This document shows positions 14,125 through 25,074 of a stretch of 64,000 nt of DNA, piece by piece. Every line of letters starts with the position of its first letter. Positions within the stretch are counted from its first letter, which is position 1. The stretch covers positions 27,592,001 to 27,656,000 of the forward strand of contig OZ076409.1 in NCBI GenBank assembly GCA_964187785.1, given 5' to 3'. This stretch comes from Amphiscolops sp. MND2022. Its lineage: Eukaryota. The position numbers were made by a program, and so were the translations under genes. Under the pieces are notes generated by a model. The model was not told the DNA's origin. It did not search any database and worked only from the letters and a program-made list of their open reading frames with translations.

Positions 14125-15182
14125 ATGAATAACCTGCAATTTACCCTTGAAGATAGCCCTTTGCTCTCGATTCAATCTCCTGGGATTGTAGATATATCAA
14201 GCGATTCAGGAGAAGAATTTGTCGTTCATCCGGATGATCTTTCCGAAATAGAGGAAAGATTCAGGGTTGGTGGACCAAGATCGGATATGTTGAAGGCATT
14301 CGTGGGTGCAACTTCGGCAAACCTTTTCACATCTGGACCAGAAGACCCCTCAATTGCTGAGACAATTGACACTGCTGGAACACAAATTGAGCGTCAGATG
14401 ATGGAAATCATTGAGGAGCATCAATTCAGTAGTGGGTCTTCATTAACTTCATTCATTGATACGGAACTGGAAGACTCACCCATGTCGCCATGGGAGTCAG
14501 CTGAACCTTCGACACGACCTGTAAACAGCTACGGGAGGCCAGCTGCGGCAATCCTCCCTACACCGAGAAGCAACAACCACGAGACGACAGTGGTCAATAG
14601 ACCCATTCCTACTTACCCGCCTAATTTTGCAAATACTTACCCAATTTATCAACCCCAACAAATCACTGACCCTACATACCACCAAGCAGATCACCCTGTC
14701 AACGGTATCCAACCTAGGACATTGGGCAACAGTGGAGCCTTCTCCGCTAACCCTAATGGTTTGCCTATATTTAGTAATGCACCAATAATGATCCAGATAC
14801 CTCCCCATGAAGGAAGCGCCCATGTTTCACAATTGATTACTGGACCTAATGCTGGACCCTCCCCTCACTTTCCGTTCCAAGCGAACATAGTACAAATCTA
14901 CTGCTCTTGCCTTTTCAAGAAAGACTGCAATATCGACTTTTGCCCCCAGTATTGCCAAACGTCGCTGGATTTTGCGATTGGTGTGGTAAATGCTACAATT
15001 TGATAGCACTTGAGACGCTGGGAGAGTACCTTATTGCAACCACTTATGACGGGGAGACGGTCAGGGACAGAGGTGTCAGGTCCCGTGCCTTTATAGATGG
15101 GTTCGAGGCTGCACTGTTCTCCTTTAAAGGTGCGGGACTGTCGCAGCCTCATGGGTGCTCTGGGTCTGTTCTGCAAGAGTAA
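14125..15182 (+). pseudogene. Accessory ORF-X of A (acidic/Pro-rich N-terminus, CxxC domain), one frameshift near 14830-14900, ending inside the 3' LTR
   Basis: ORFs 14125..15003 and 14907..15182. The C-terminal 58 aa align without gaps to element B ORF 18655..19473 (20 identities). Confidence 0.75.
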
Positions 15183-16767
15183 AAAGGAAAACGAAGAAGC
15201 AGCCTGAAAGACAAACCCAATTTGATGAAACTCAATAAACTACCTTCCCCCCTTTTTAATTCTTTGCTTTTATTGTCTCGTTGTTTACTCTAACCGATGA
15301 GTTAAGTCATGTAAATATTTATTTTATAGTTTCTTTGGTTGAATTGCGAAAGCCAGGTGTAAATTAAGACATGTTGACCAGGTTTTCTTAACTTTTCACC
15401 CTAATTATTGCTTGAAACATTGAGTTGTTTAGTTGAATTTAGGCCATAATCTCTGAATGGAAGCAATGATTAATCTAAACGAGACTTTTCAAATCAGTGA
15501 GTATGCGTCACAGTACGAAAATGTGAAAATGGATACACTTCATCATGCAGTTTGTAATTAATAATTATGCACTATCATACGGAAAATTTCTGACGCATAT
15601 ACTGCAATATGCGGATTTTAACCACCGCTTATGCGGCACCATGCGGAAAATCGTAATTTCCTTGATATGTTGTCACGGTGATAATTGCACGTCACTATGC
15701 GGAAAATCGACGGCGCTTATGCGTCAATATGCGGTTTTCCGAGTCTTTCATCATACGGTGCTATACCATTATTGCATTGTGATTATTCGTTGATATGCGG
15801 AAATTTAAGACCGTATATACGCCATTATGCAGTTTTCCAGGGTTTTTGTCGTAGTTGTACAATACTGGTTTCTGCTTGTCATGTAATGTATATTTAGAGT
15901 TATAAATAGAATTACGACACATGATGTAATTCTTTTTATAGAATATGATGACCATGACACCCATAAAAACGGGTGTAATCCACACCATTTTTCCCTTGTG
16001 CTCAGGACCTTAGAACCCAATCATTCTTTGAAATAACTCTCGTTGAAACCAGTTGATAAAACCTACACTCCAAACCACTGTAAAAGCAGTTTCTCATAAT
16101 CAACAGTTGTCTCATTTTCCAATTTGTTTTGTTGAAAATCTCAGCTGAATTCAAATTCTTCCCTAGCAAACCCAACACATTTTTCACTTGAGAACAATGG
16201 GAAATAAGAGAAACAGAAGATCTAGAAGACATGAAACACCATCGCCTGACCGAGAATTGAGTGAAGCACAAGAAGAAACACCAATGCAAGGTAATGAAAC
16301 TTTAACTAATGTTAGTACTGTTATTCAGGAACCTTTAGGTGAAAACGAAATCAGATCTAGTCTGATAGAACCTAGTCAAATCAGTAACGAAATCCAAGTT
16401 TGGACAGAAAACTTCGAACAAAAGAACAATGATAGGATTATGAAAATGAGAAAAGAAATGGAGAACAAGTTTGATGCAATTTTGAAAGAAATAAGAACAA
16501 GCAAAACAGCATCAACAATAACAAACCCTAGGTCTGAACCAAATGGAATCTACAATTTGCAACCTTCGGGATCCAAAAATGATAAGTCTAGTGGAGTACG
16601 CGCATCTAATATAGAAAACTCAGATACCGAAAATGAGGATGATCATCCCCTCAAGGCCTCCGATATTAGAGAATTAAGGAATCCTGCTAGACCACTTTGT
16701 CAAAATGTACCGAATCTAGACGAAACAATAATATCAGAAGGGGACTCCGAGGAGGAGGATTATCACA
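15139..16767 (+). repeat. 3' LTR of element A (~1.63 kb, boundaries inferred)
   Basis: Starts TGTCGCAG after GCGGGAC, at the same ORF-X codon (G-L-S-Q) where the B LTR starts (G-V-S-Q). Ends GATTATCACA in the same codon phase as the B, C and D LTR ends. No second copy is present to confirm. Contains a TATGCG cluster at ~15500-15830. Confidence 0.7.
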
Positions 16768-16796
16768 CAACACGTTATTGGTTTTCGAGGCTTTGA
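16197..16796 (+). CDS. LTR-encoded Gag N-terminal segment of A, reading out into the flank
   Basis: Basic start MGNKRNRRSRR, a coiled-coil-like segment (RIMKMRKEMENKFDAILKEI) and an acidic end, positioned like the LTR ORFs of B, C and D. Confidence 0.6.
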   Translation: MGNKRNRRSRRHETPSPDRELSEAQEETPMQGNETLTNVSTVIQEPLGENEIRSSLIEPSQISNEIQVWTENFEQKNNDRIMKMRKEMENKFDAILKEIRTSKTASTITNPRSEPNGIYNLQPSGSKNDKSSGVRASNIENSDTENEDDHPLKASDIRELRNPARPLCQNVPNLDETIISEGDSEEEDYHTTRYWFSRL

Positions 16797-17087
16797 GCTT
16801 TCCGAGATGCACATATAGTGCAGTTTTTAATTTTTCGCAGATTTCTTGACATGTGCCTAATTTTCAAAATTGTGAGGCAAATTGCTCGGAACCCAAAATA
16901 GACATAAATACCATGTTTTTGCTAAAAGTTGCACCAGAAACTAGGCTAGAATCGAATTTAATTCTATGAGTTTTTAGCGAGGAAAATTTTGAAAAATTCA
17001 ATTTTTGAGTGTTTCTCTCAAAACCGAGATCATGAAATACAGAGTTCATGGTTTCGTAAATTGTACAAGGGTTTTATAGGTTACATT

Positions 17088-17783
17088 TTAGACTAAAAAA
17101 TGACTTAATTTGTTTTCTTTTTCGGGCAAAATAGGGATGCTGTCGCGATTTTGTTCGCTATTATTAGAGTCTGTTGAACTCTCTCTAGACCTCATTCTAC
17201 TATTTTCCTGTGTGAAACAAGTTCTGGGACGGTTTTCCCACGATTTCTGAGGATTTCCTACTTCGGCGTTCCGTTGTAGCCCACTGGGCCTCCGGTTCCT
17301 TATGGTGAAATCGGTTGACCTTGGGCTAGGATGCAGCCCGTTGGACCCTCGGTCCACCGTGGTGAAAGTAGGTCTCCCCTGCACTTCTAGTGTATTTTGG
17401 ATAGAAGGAAGCACTATACTTGTTATTGCAGCTGTGATAGCTTCCTGGATTTGAGAATTCAGGCTGGTTTTGACCTCATTGAGTTTTATAGACATTTGAA
17501 TGGAAATTTCTTCGTTTATCAACCTAGTGGTCTCAATTGCAATTTCGCTGTTTTCTCTGCTATTGGAATTAAGTAAAGATCTAAAATCTTCTCCTATAAC
17601 GTTTGAACTTTGTTGTGGTCTACTAGACCCTGAGTCCAAATTCACTTCATTTTCGCTAATATTATTTTCTTCATCATCTCTAGAGTAGCTTCCAAGCATT
17701 ACGTCAACATTTTTTACATCGGACAGCATGTCTAACTGTCTAGAACGTCTTTCTTTAGCCTTTTGCTTTTTTGTTGAAGGCAT
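17088..17783 (-). CDS. LTR-encoded Gag N-terminal segment in the 3' LTR of B, reading out into the flank
   Basis: MPSTKKQKAKERRSRQLDMLSDVKNVDVMLGS is homologous to the D Gag start MPSTRRQKAKARKSREMDMMSDVDNLDVMLGS. Confidence 0.7.
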   Translation of the reverse strand: MPSTKKQKAKERRSRQLDMLSDVKNVDVMLGSYSRDDEENNISENEVNLDSGSSRPQQSSNVIGEDFRSLLNSNSRENSEIAIETTRLINEEISIQMSIKLNEVKTSLNSQIQEAITAAITSIVLPSIQNTLEVQGRPTFTTVDRGSNGLHPSPRSTDFTIRNRRPSGLQRNAEVGNPQKSWENRPRTCFTQENSRMRSRESSTDSNNSEQNRDSIPILPEKENKLSHFLV

Positions 17784-18746
17784 TGAAGAAAATAAACACA
17801 ACAACAATGAATTGACAGAACAAACTAAAGTTAATATGGTTGGTGAATGAAATGTACAGATTGTACTGAAAGTAAAATTGTGATCGCAATTAATGCAGTT
17901 TGAATTGGATTGTGACTTCAAGTTGAGTTTCCAAAGAATGATCCCTCTGGTCTCCTGGGCCTTGCTATAAATACCCTATTCTGCATGACAAGCAAATTTA
18001 CAGGCATCATGTTACTAAATATAAACATGACAAACTAAAAAAAGTAGCAAATATGGTTCCGTCAGCATGACGTCAATACATCAAAGAGCAAGATGGGGGG
18101 CTTTGGCGGTTATGCCAACAAAGTGAGAAAATGTTTATAGCGACCTGTAAGTACATTCAAGGTTAATCTACAACACTACATGTTTCCAGAATACATAATT
18201 TCATGTTATTTAAGCTTTTCACCATAGCGGACGTTAAGTCCGCGTGGCCACACTCAATTACAGCACTAGCAGCACTTGTGCGTTAATTTCACCGTGGCAG
18301 ACATTCTGTCCACGGAGCGTCACTAATATGCTGCACTCTGATTGGTGTAAAATACTTGTACGGCGAGTACAGTGAATTAGAAGAAGCGTTCATTTGAACG
18401 CGTTTCCTCTTCCGCTTACTATTGCATCATATTATTTCATCAATTTACAGACTATCTAATAAATTACGTCAGCATTTTGATACCAAAACAGGCACAGGAT
18501 AAACTACTAAACAGTGAAATACATCCTTGTAGACTAAAATTATTATTTGCACTGAGGCCGCAAGGACCATAAGTCTTTCATGGTGAAAATCAAAATAGTA
18601 AAAATAGCAACAAAATACTTGTAGTTTATATTACCTATTAGTCTTTGCCAGTGTTTAAATGGGAAGAACTCCTGGGGGAGGGTTAGAGTTATCTCCGTCC
18701 AACGTGATTTGATAAAAATTGCCATCAGAGGCGGCAGCCTGCGACA
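17141..18746 (-). repeat. 3' LTR of element B
   Basis: Matches 29019-30621 and is preceded on the minus strand by CCTAGGGGAG (PPT position). Confidence 0.95.
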
Positions 18747-19473
18747 CTCCCCTAGGGATAAAGAGCACTGTACCTTGGTCCATTCCGGCTAAGTAGGCGT
18801 CACGTCTCCTCTGTCGGTTGTCATAACTCTCTCCTCTATAAGTGGTAGACTCCAAGTATCCAAGGACAGCAGTCTCCTTTATTTGTTCGTAACTTCTTCC
18901 GCACACTATACAATCACCATTTTGTGCTTGGTTCGGCTGGCCACATTGTGACGCTATGCGGACACTCAGTCCTTGTATATGCGAATTAGGCTGGAGCGGC
19001 ATCTGACTTTGCGTCGTCGGTGTGTATTCGCGATTGTTGTAAATTGGGCCACGCTCGTGTGGTGGAGGAGATTGAGGCGAGTCAACTATAGGCGTTAATT
19101 GCCCACAATATTTTATGGGTGGGCTCCTGCTTCGGGTAGCTGTACTTGGCCCTGCTCCCCTGTCCAGCGGGTCTGCCTGGCTGTCCACTAGTCGCATCAT
19201 ACGATCAAAATCTTCCCAAGGAAAGTTAGGGTAAGTGTCTTCTGTACTTTCTGTCAACTCCACGGTCATTTTGAGTCCTGCAACTAGTCCTTCTGGCTGG
19301 ATTGGTACTTGCCGGCAACACGCGATCACTTCTATATCACTATCTTCAGTGTCGTCCCGGGTAGCACTGACTGACTCAATGTCCACTTCCATTTCTTCAT
19401 TAGAAGAGTAGTAACTAGGACTGACTGGAAGAGCTGAGAGGTCGTCTAGAAGGAACGGTAGATTCATTTCCAT
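18655..19473 (-). CDS. Accessory ORF-X of B (272 aa, intact), last ~30 codons inside the 3' LTR
   Basis: Open ATG-to-stop frame containing CIVCGRSYEQI..YLESTTYRGES..R..R..AYLAG, homologous to A ORF-X. Confidence 0.8.
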   Translation of the reverse strand: MEMNLPFLLDDLSALPVSPSYYSSNEEMEVDIESVSATRDDTEDSDIEVIACCRQVPIQPEGLVAGLKMTVELTESTEDTYPNFPWEDFDRMMRLVDSQADPLDRGAGPSTATRSRSPPIKYCGQLTPIVDSPQSPPPHERGPIYNNREYTPTTQSQMPLQPNSHIQGLSVRIASQCGQPNQAQNGDCIVCGRSYEQIKETAVLGYLESTTYRGESYDNRQRRRDAYLAGMDQGTVLFIPRGVSQAAASDGNFYQITLDGDNSNPPPGVLPI

Positions 19474-20714
19474 TTCGTTTTGAAATCTACTGAGAAAGAT
19501 TTTCTTCGCAATTTTGAGGTTTCTTTATCCAACTGTTTTAAGCTTTTCAATTCGAGATGAATGATTTCTCCTCTAACTACTTGGACTGCCGGACTTCCCA
19601 TTTTCGCGGGAGTTTGCCGGCGGGGAAACAGTTTCTGATCTTCCCTAAATTTTTACTAAACATTCCATATAAGTAGGTGTTGTCGAATTCCCAGAAATGA
19701 TGAATAAGGTAAACTTCATGATAATTGCCCTTTGGAGTAGGCTCTAGTTGTTTACACAACTACTTGATGACAGTAAATTGGTGTAGTGAGAGGTAACTCA
19801 AGTTAACAGTTGGTAAATAATTTCACCATCAAAGACCTTCGGTCCGCGCGGCTACATCAACTGAAGTAGCCAATGAGGTGTCGTTGATAAATGAATGCTG
19901 AAAATTGATGAAAAATGAGTGAAAATGAGTGAAATTTTCTAAATCAATACTAATCTAAACGGAGAACTAATTCCCCAAACTGAATAAAGACATGAATATC
20001 ACTGGCAGTTTCAATCCAAGCTGAAAAGGATTATAATTGACTAAATGTAATAAGGGAATATGGCATAATTGGTATATAATTATAAATGAAAGAAGTAGTC
20101 AGTAGGCCACGACGTCCAAGTAAGATAATAAGTAATCGATCGTCTTGGAGGTTTAAGATATTGCGTAACTTGACTGTAATTCTAGTAAAGTCGAAAAGTA
20201 CAAGTATTAGTATTATACAGTAATTCACTTTCTGTGTCTGTGATCCAGTATTCTTCACACCTTTTCTCATTCAATACTTGAATTGCTTATTATCCCATTG
20301 AGTATCCAACTCCTCAACGCGAGGCACGGACTTTAAGTCACATTGGCTACAGTAACAGCTAAACTCACAGCAGTCAATCTTCTAAAGGAGTCTGCCAGAA
20401 TCCCACTGTTCCTCTCTCGGAATTGCATCCCCAATCAGCCGACTTTGGACTAAAAGAATTCTGCTTTCCCGTCATGGAAATAGCATCAGGTTGTCTTGAC
20501 TAAACTTGATCAGGGTTTAGGCTTGACTATTTTACTTCCTCCATCATGAAATGTTTTCACATTGAGTTGAATGAAATGAACTTAACTTCCGGAAGATTTT
20601 CAAAAGCGGCAAGATGGATTTTTATGCAGGAAGTGAACCGCGCGAATTTATTCCTTTTTTTTAGAAAAGGAACCAAACGGCCAACCAAACCAAACGGCTA
20701 CTGAGAGTAACAAC

Positions 20715-23700
20715 ATGAGCAGTGGTACTGGAATTACTGAAGACGTGGCGACCAACGAGACTCTTGGACAAGAGGTGGAGAGGAGCCCAGATGCCCCAAC
20801 TCCCCAAACTTCTGACCAACTGCCTCTTGTGAAAGTGCTGCCTACTGCAATAGAAATAAGTGAAGAAGGACCTTCAAGGAACGGGAGGTAGATTGTCTCC
20901 TACTACTCTGACCGAAATTGACACCGGGGCCCCGGGACTACTGTCACCTGACTACTCTCCTTCATTGCTTAATTTGCTTGGAACAGATGGGAGCAGTTCT
21001 GGAGAAAGCATACAGGCCTATTTCACCCGTAAACTTGAAACACGAGCAGAGGAAGTAGGCCAGCCTGGACCCAGTGGCGGACAGGCGAAATGTAGCGTCA
21101 GTGATCCAATCCAGCTGAACTCTTCCCCCAATTTACCACCAGAAACTGAAAGACCAAAATTGTCTGAGTCCCCAGAGATTGTTCCCGTTTCCTCGACTGG
21201 GACCACGCGCCTGCCTGAAGCTGACGAACCAGGAGGCTCAGCAAAGGGACCAAGAATTGGTGGTAGCACTACCGATGACGTTCAGTCCCCTCTCAAGTTC
21301 GGACTCCTCTCATCATATTTAATTAACGCCGATCTAATTAGTGTGCAATCAGGACAGGAAGAACAGAACGACCCTTCCAGATCAACTAGGGGTGCCAGCA
21401 GTTCGGAGGTTGAACTCGAGACAGACGCTGAGTCCATTAGCCGCCCTGCAGGCTCAACCATCGCTCAAGCTATTACCGCCAAGACTAAAAATCCGAACTT
21501 GGACATCAGTGACTCTGGCAGTACCATTGGTCCAACAACGATGCAAGGAGCTACCAAGAATACTGGACTTCGGGCTAGCGGGAGAGCACTCATCAAGGAG
21601 TTCTTCTCTGAATCTGAAACTTTCAATCTGCCTAAAGGACACCCTGTAATTGCTTTCACAGGAGACCAGATCAGCGCCGTCCTGAAAGTTGTCGCCGAAG
21701 AGACCGCCAGGACAACCCAGGATGCAATGGAGAGACTGATCAGTCAGGTCAATGAGCTGAATATACCTCCTGGAAGTAGTGGAGCCCAATCGACTGGCAG
21801 GGCAACTGGGCTCGGAAAACGTTACCGACCAAGTATTTGCTCTGGCCGTTATAGTGACACCAGCGGAGCTATTCAGAGTGACGATGACTTCTCCAGTATT
21901 GGATATTCTTTCGAAGGTCAGGAGACTAGCGAGATCGCTCACCCACAGGCCGGAACAGTCCCCAGCTGCAGTCGCGACATCCAGACGGCTGGACCCAGCG
22001 TCTTTGAAGCTGGAAGCCCTGGGGAACAGACCTTAGCCTCACTCAAAGCTGAGGCTATGAAAGACAAAGGAACTCGATCTCGCAACAGACAAGGACGTTT
22101 CGTCCAATCGGCTACATCTCAAGGAACAAGAAGAAAGGTGACCCGCTCTGGCAAGATCATGAAGGAGGCCTACTTCAAAGGCATGGAGTGGACGCGCACC
22201 TTCGTATCTGGACCAGTACACCCACGTTGGAACCCGTACAAGTTCCACTGCCAGATTTGTAAATCCAACGTATCGATTTATGGAAAAGGGGCAAGGGAGA
22301 TCCTTCGACATCACTCCACCGAGAAACATCTCCGCAAGGATCAGAGGTGGAGGTACGAACACCTGTACGAAGTGGACCCAGTCACCAAGGCCAAAATACA
22401 TCAGGTCAGAGGAAAAGATGGAAAAATCTTGACTCCCTATCAACTGGAATTGAAGCTTCTTGAATTCAGGCACGTAGGGTTGGTGGAGATTGGGCAGAAA
22501 CTCCCCTTCTATGAGGAATACATGTCAGGTACGGACTACATGGCTTCCTCGTTGAACAACAGGGCACGGATCCAACTGTCTGTTCTTGGACGATTCCTAC
22601 CACATTATGGCGACCTGGAAGTGTTAAAGGCTTTCTGGAATGACGTGGGAGTCATAGTGAACCACCAGTCTCTTTTCACCGATTTCAAGTGGAGCCGAGA
22701 GCGATTGATTGTAAGTTTTCCTTTAAAACCATTCCAAGTACCATGACTTTGACTAAGCTGATGTTCTAGCAGGTAAGATCGCAAAATTGTTTCATTGTTT
22801 AGGTTTTGTTCCATCACATGTTTTGTGAACTCGTCAACGACATTTCGACCCAGATTAACGCGAATGGTGAATATGCCGTGGAGTTTGCGAGCGATGGGGT
22901 CTTCATGCTTGCCTTTGTCCCCTTCTGGCGCCAAGACGAACTTTGCCGTGTCTTTCTAAAACGGACCAGCAGGCTGCAAGGACAGACCGACGCCGAAATT
23001 TGTCTGATTGCATACATCATGGCGGCAATTTCCACCACTCCCAAACTCATCAGCTGCACTGGCTGTTGTATGAGGACAATTCAATTGATGGATCTGAGTA
23101 CGTACAGTTCCTTCAGCGTCCAAAGTCCCCCCCCAGATTTGAAGAACTGTCATTGCCGCAACTAATGCACCGAAAGAGCCGAAGTGTTTTCGGGCGTGTG
23201 GACTTCTTCTCCACTCTGCGTTATCTTGTGGTTTCATTGGGAGGAAGTCTGGAGCTGGGCTGGGTGCTGCTCTCGCCAGAATTATCAAGGGTATGCTGAT
23301 CTTAATTCTTCTCTTTCTTAAACTTTAGTTTTGAATAGTTGCAATACACGTTAGCACTGCAATTATGCACTAAGTTATCGACCGAATTCAATGGACCTAA
23401 CACTTCCATTGCCATGTTTTAGGCCATCCGTACTTGCCAGTTGGACATCTGTGGACTGCCTGCTTTGTGTAGAGAACTCCTCGACAATTGGTCTAAAGTC
23501 CACTCTTACTTGACCAAGAATGCGCCGATTCAAGAATACCAAGGAGTACGGAGACAAGTAAATATCCTACTTCTTTGTGGCTTCTGGTACCGTAAGTCCA
23601 TATGTGCATAAGTTTCCCATTGTTCTAGCCGCAGAACCTGGAGTGGTCGATCGTGTATGACTGTCTTTTCCCTAGTCGACTTGAGCTTTTTTACCGACTT

Positions 23701-24919
23701 GTCCAGGATTGTAAGTGGGTTTTTTGACGGTTTGGGAATTCCTGTGATAATCGGACTTTTCGCAATGTTTTCCTTTTTAGACACCAACAGTTTTACGCTG
23801 AACTTGAAATCGCGCCGGGACAGAGGTTTCCACGTTTACAAGGAATTGTGCCAATTCCTCTTCAAACTTGCCCGCAGGTGCATCCGTCCTAGTAGTTTGC
23901 CTGCTGACAACGACAATCATGGTATTTTGCAATTCTCTTTCCCCGAAGCTAAAGCCCTGGTGGTAGACGACTTCATAACCCGCTCCAAACTCGGACCCCG
24001 TCTCGATATTGGTTGCAAACAAAAGGCCGAAAAAGAGCGCAATGAAGGGGACAACAAAAACTTGAGCCTTGAAGAAATCACCGCTAACAATCGTGAGGAG
24101 TTCGGAAGATCTGCCCGGGGGTATGTGGTTTATTTAGTTGGAGCCACTCAGGAGCTCAACCGTTTCACTTCCGATATTGTGCGCGGGCTTGGCTCTTTTG
24201 ACCTGGAGGTTCTTCTTGTGGACCCGGTGGAACAAGCCATGTATTGTTTCAAGCAGCTTTTTTCCAGTTTTAGGCTCCGTGGGGTCGTGGACCCAGGAGA
24301 AGAGCCAGTGTACACAGCAGAATACCTTTCATTCATCGACGAGTTACGTCGTCTCCATCCCGATGTCCAGCAGCCGAAATTACTTATTGCCGATACTATC
24401 AAATTCATATCAAATCAAGAGGCTCTCAAGACCAGACGTCGCCTCACGAGAATCTTTCGTCTCTGTTGCTTTTGCTTGGACGAACCCAGGTTCAGTTTCC
24501 CTGGTGTCCGATTTGATTCCGCGAGGACCGATGATCCCACTTGCAGCATGTTTGACGTTGTGGCACCCATACAGTCGTTTCTCGGCAGTGTTTCCCGTGG
24601 ACTTGACGCTCTCACATCTGAAGCTTCCGTTTCTCGGTCCCTACATCAGGAGCCGACCTTTGGTGGTACTGGCCTGGAAAGCACCTACAGTCCTTGGGAC
24701 AGCTTCAACCATTTTGGTCGACAACAGATTAGAAAGACCCTAAGTTCTAGCCTAAGAATATCATCCGTGTCTGGGACTGGCCGGTCTACTTCAGGCAAAT
24801 CTCCGAAGGTTGTCTGTATATCCCCTGGCAAGCCCTCTTCCCAACGTGGTGCTACTGAGGCCGATGAGGCACCAATTTCCAACTCTTGTGATTCGAGTGG
24901 AAGCACATCTAAACTATAA
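20715..24919 (+). pseudogene. Antisense spliced accessory gene of B (zinc finger plus hAT-transposase-like body). Exons ~20715-22710, 22803-23290, 23423-23557, 23629-23710, 23781-24919
   Basis: Donors GTAAGT 22711, GTATGC 23291, GTAAAT 23558 and GTAAGT 23711, each with a pyrimidine-rich AG acceptor. Finger: CQICKSNVSIYGKGAREILRHHSTEKH. Probable frameshifts near 20880 and 23085. Confidence 0.82.
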
Positions 24920-25074
24920 TTGTACTGTATGTATACATGTGCAGTAGTCTTTCTTTTGTATATATTTCGTTGTGTTTATTCATTCTCATTATTCGTATTA
25001 TGTCTTTTGTTCACAAGTTAGTTTGGTCCCTGCTAAAGTATTTATGCAAAAAGGGGCGATAATTTAGAGTTTGT

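Larger units (their letters stand above)
3975..16767 (+). mobile_element. Gypsy element A: 5'-truncated (pol, antisense accessory gene, ORF-X, 3' LTR)
   Basis: RT-RNaseH-IN pol followed by the same accessory layout as element B. No 5' LTR, gag or protease is visible. The left boundary is approximate. Confidence 0.85.

Noticed and set aside
17784..17921. Hydrophobic upstream extension of the B and D LTR ORFs as a signal peptide
   Set aside because: In B it depends on a TTG start and B-D similarity is weak until MPST, so it is more likely T-rich leader sequence.
14125..19473. ORF-X as an env gene
   Set aside because: No signal peptide, furin site/fusion peptide or transmembrane anchor is visible.
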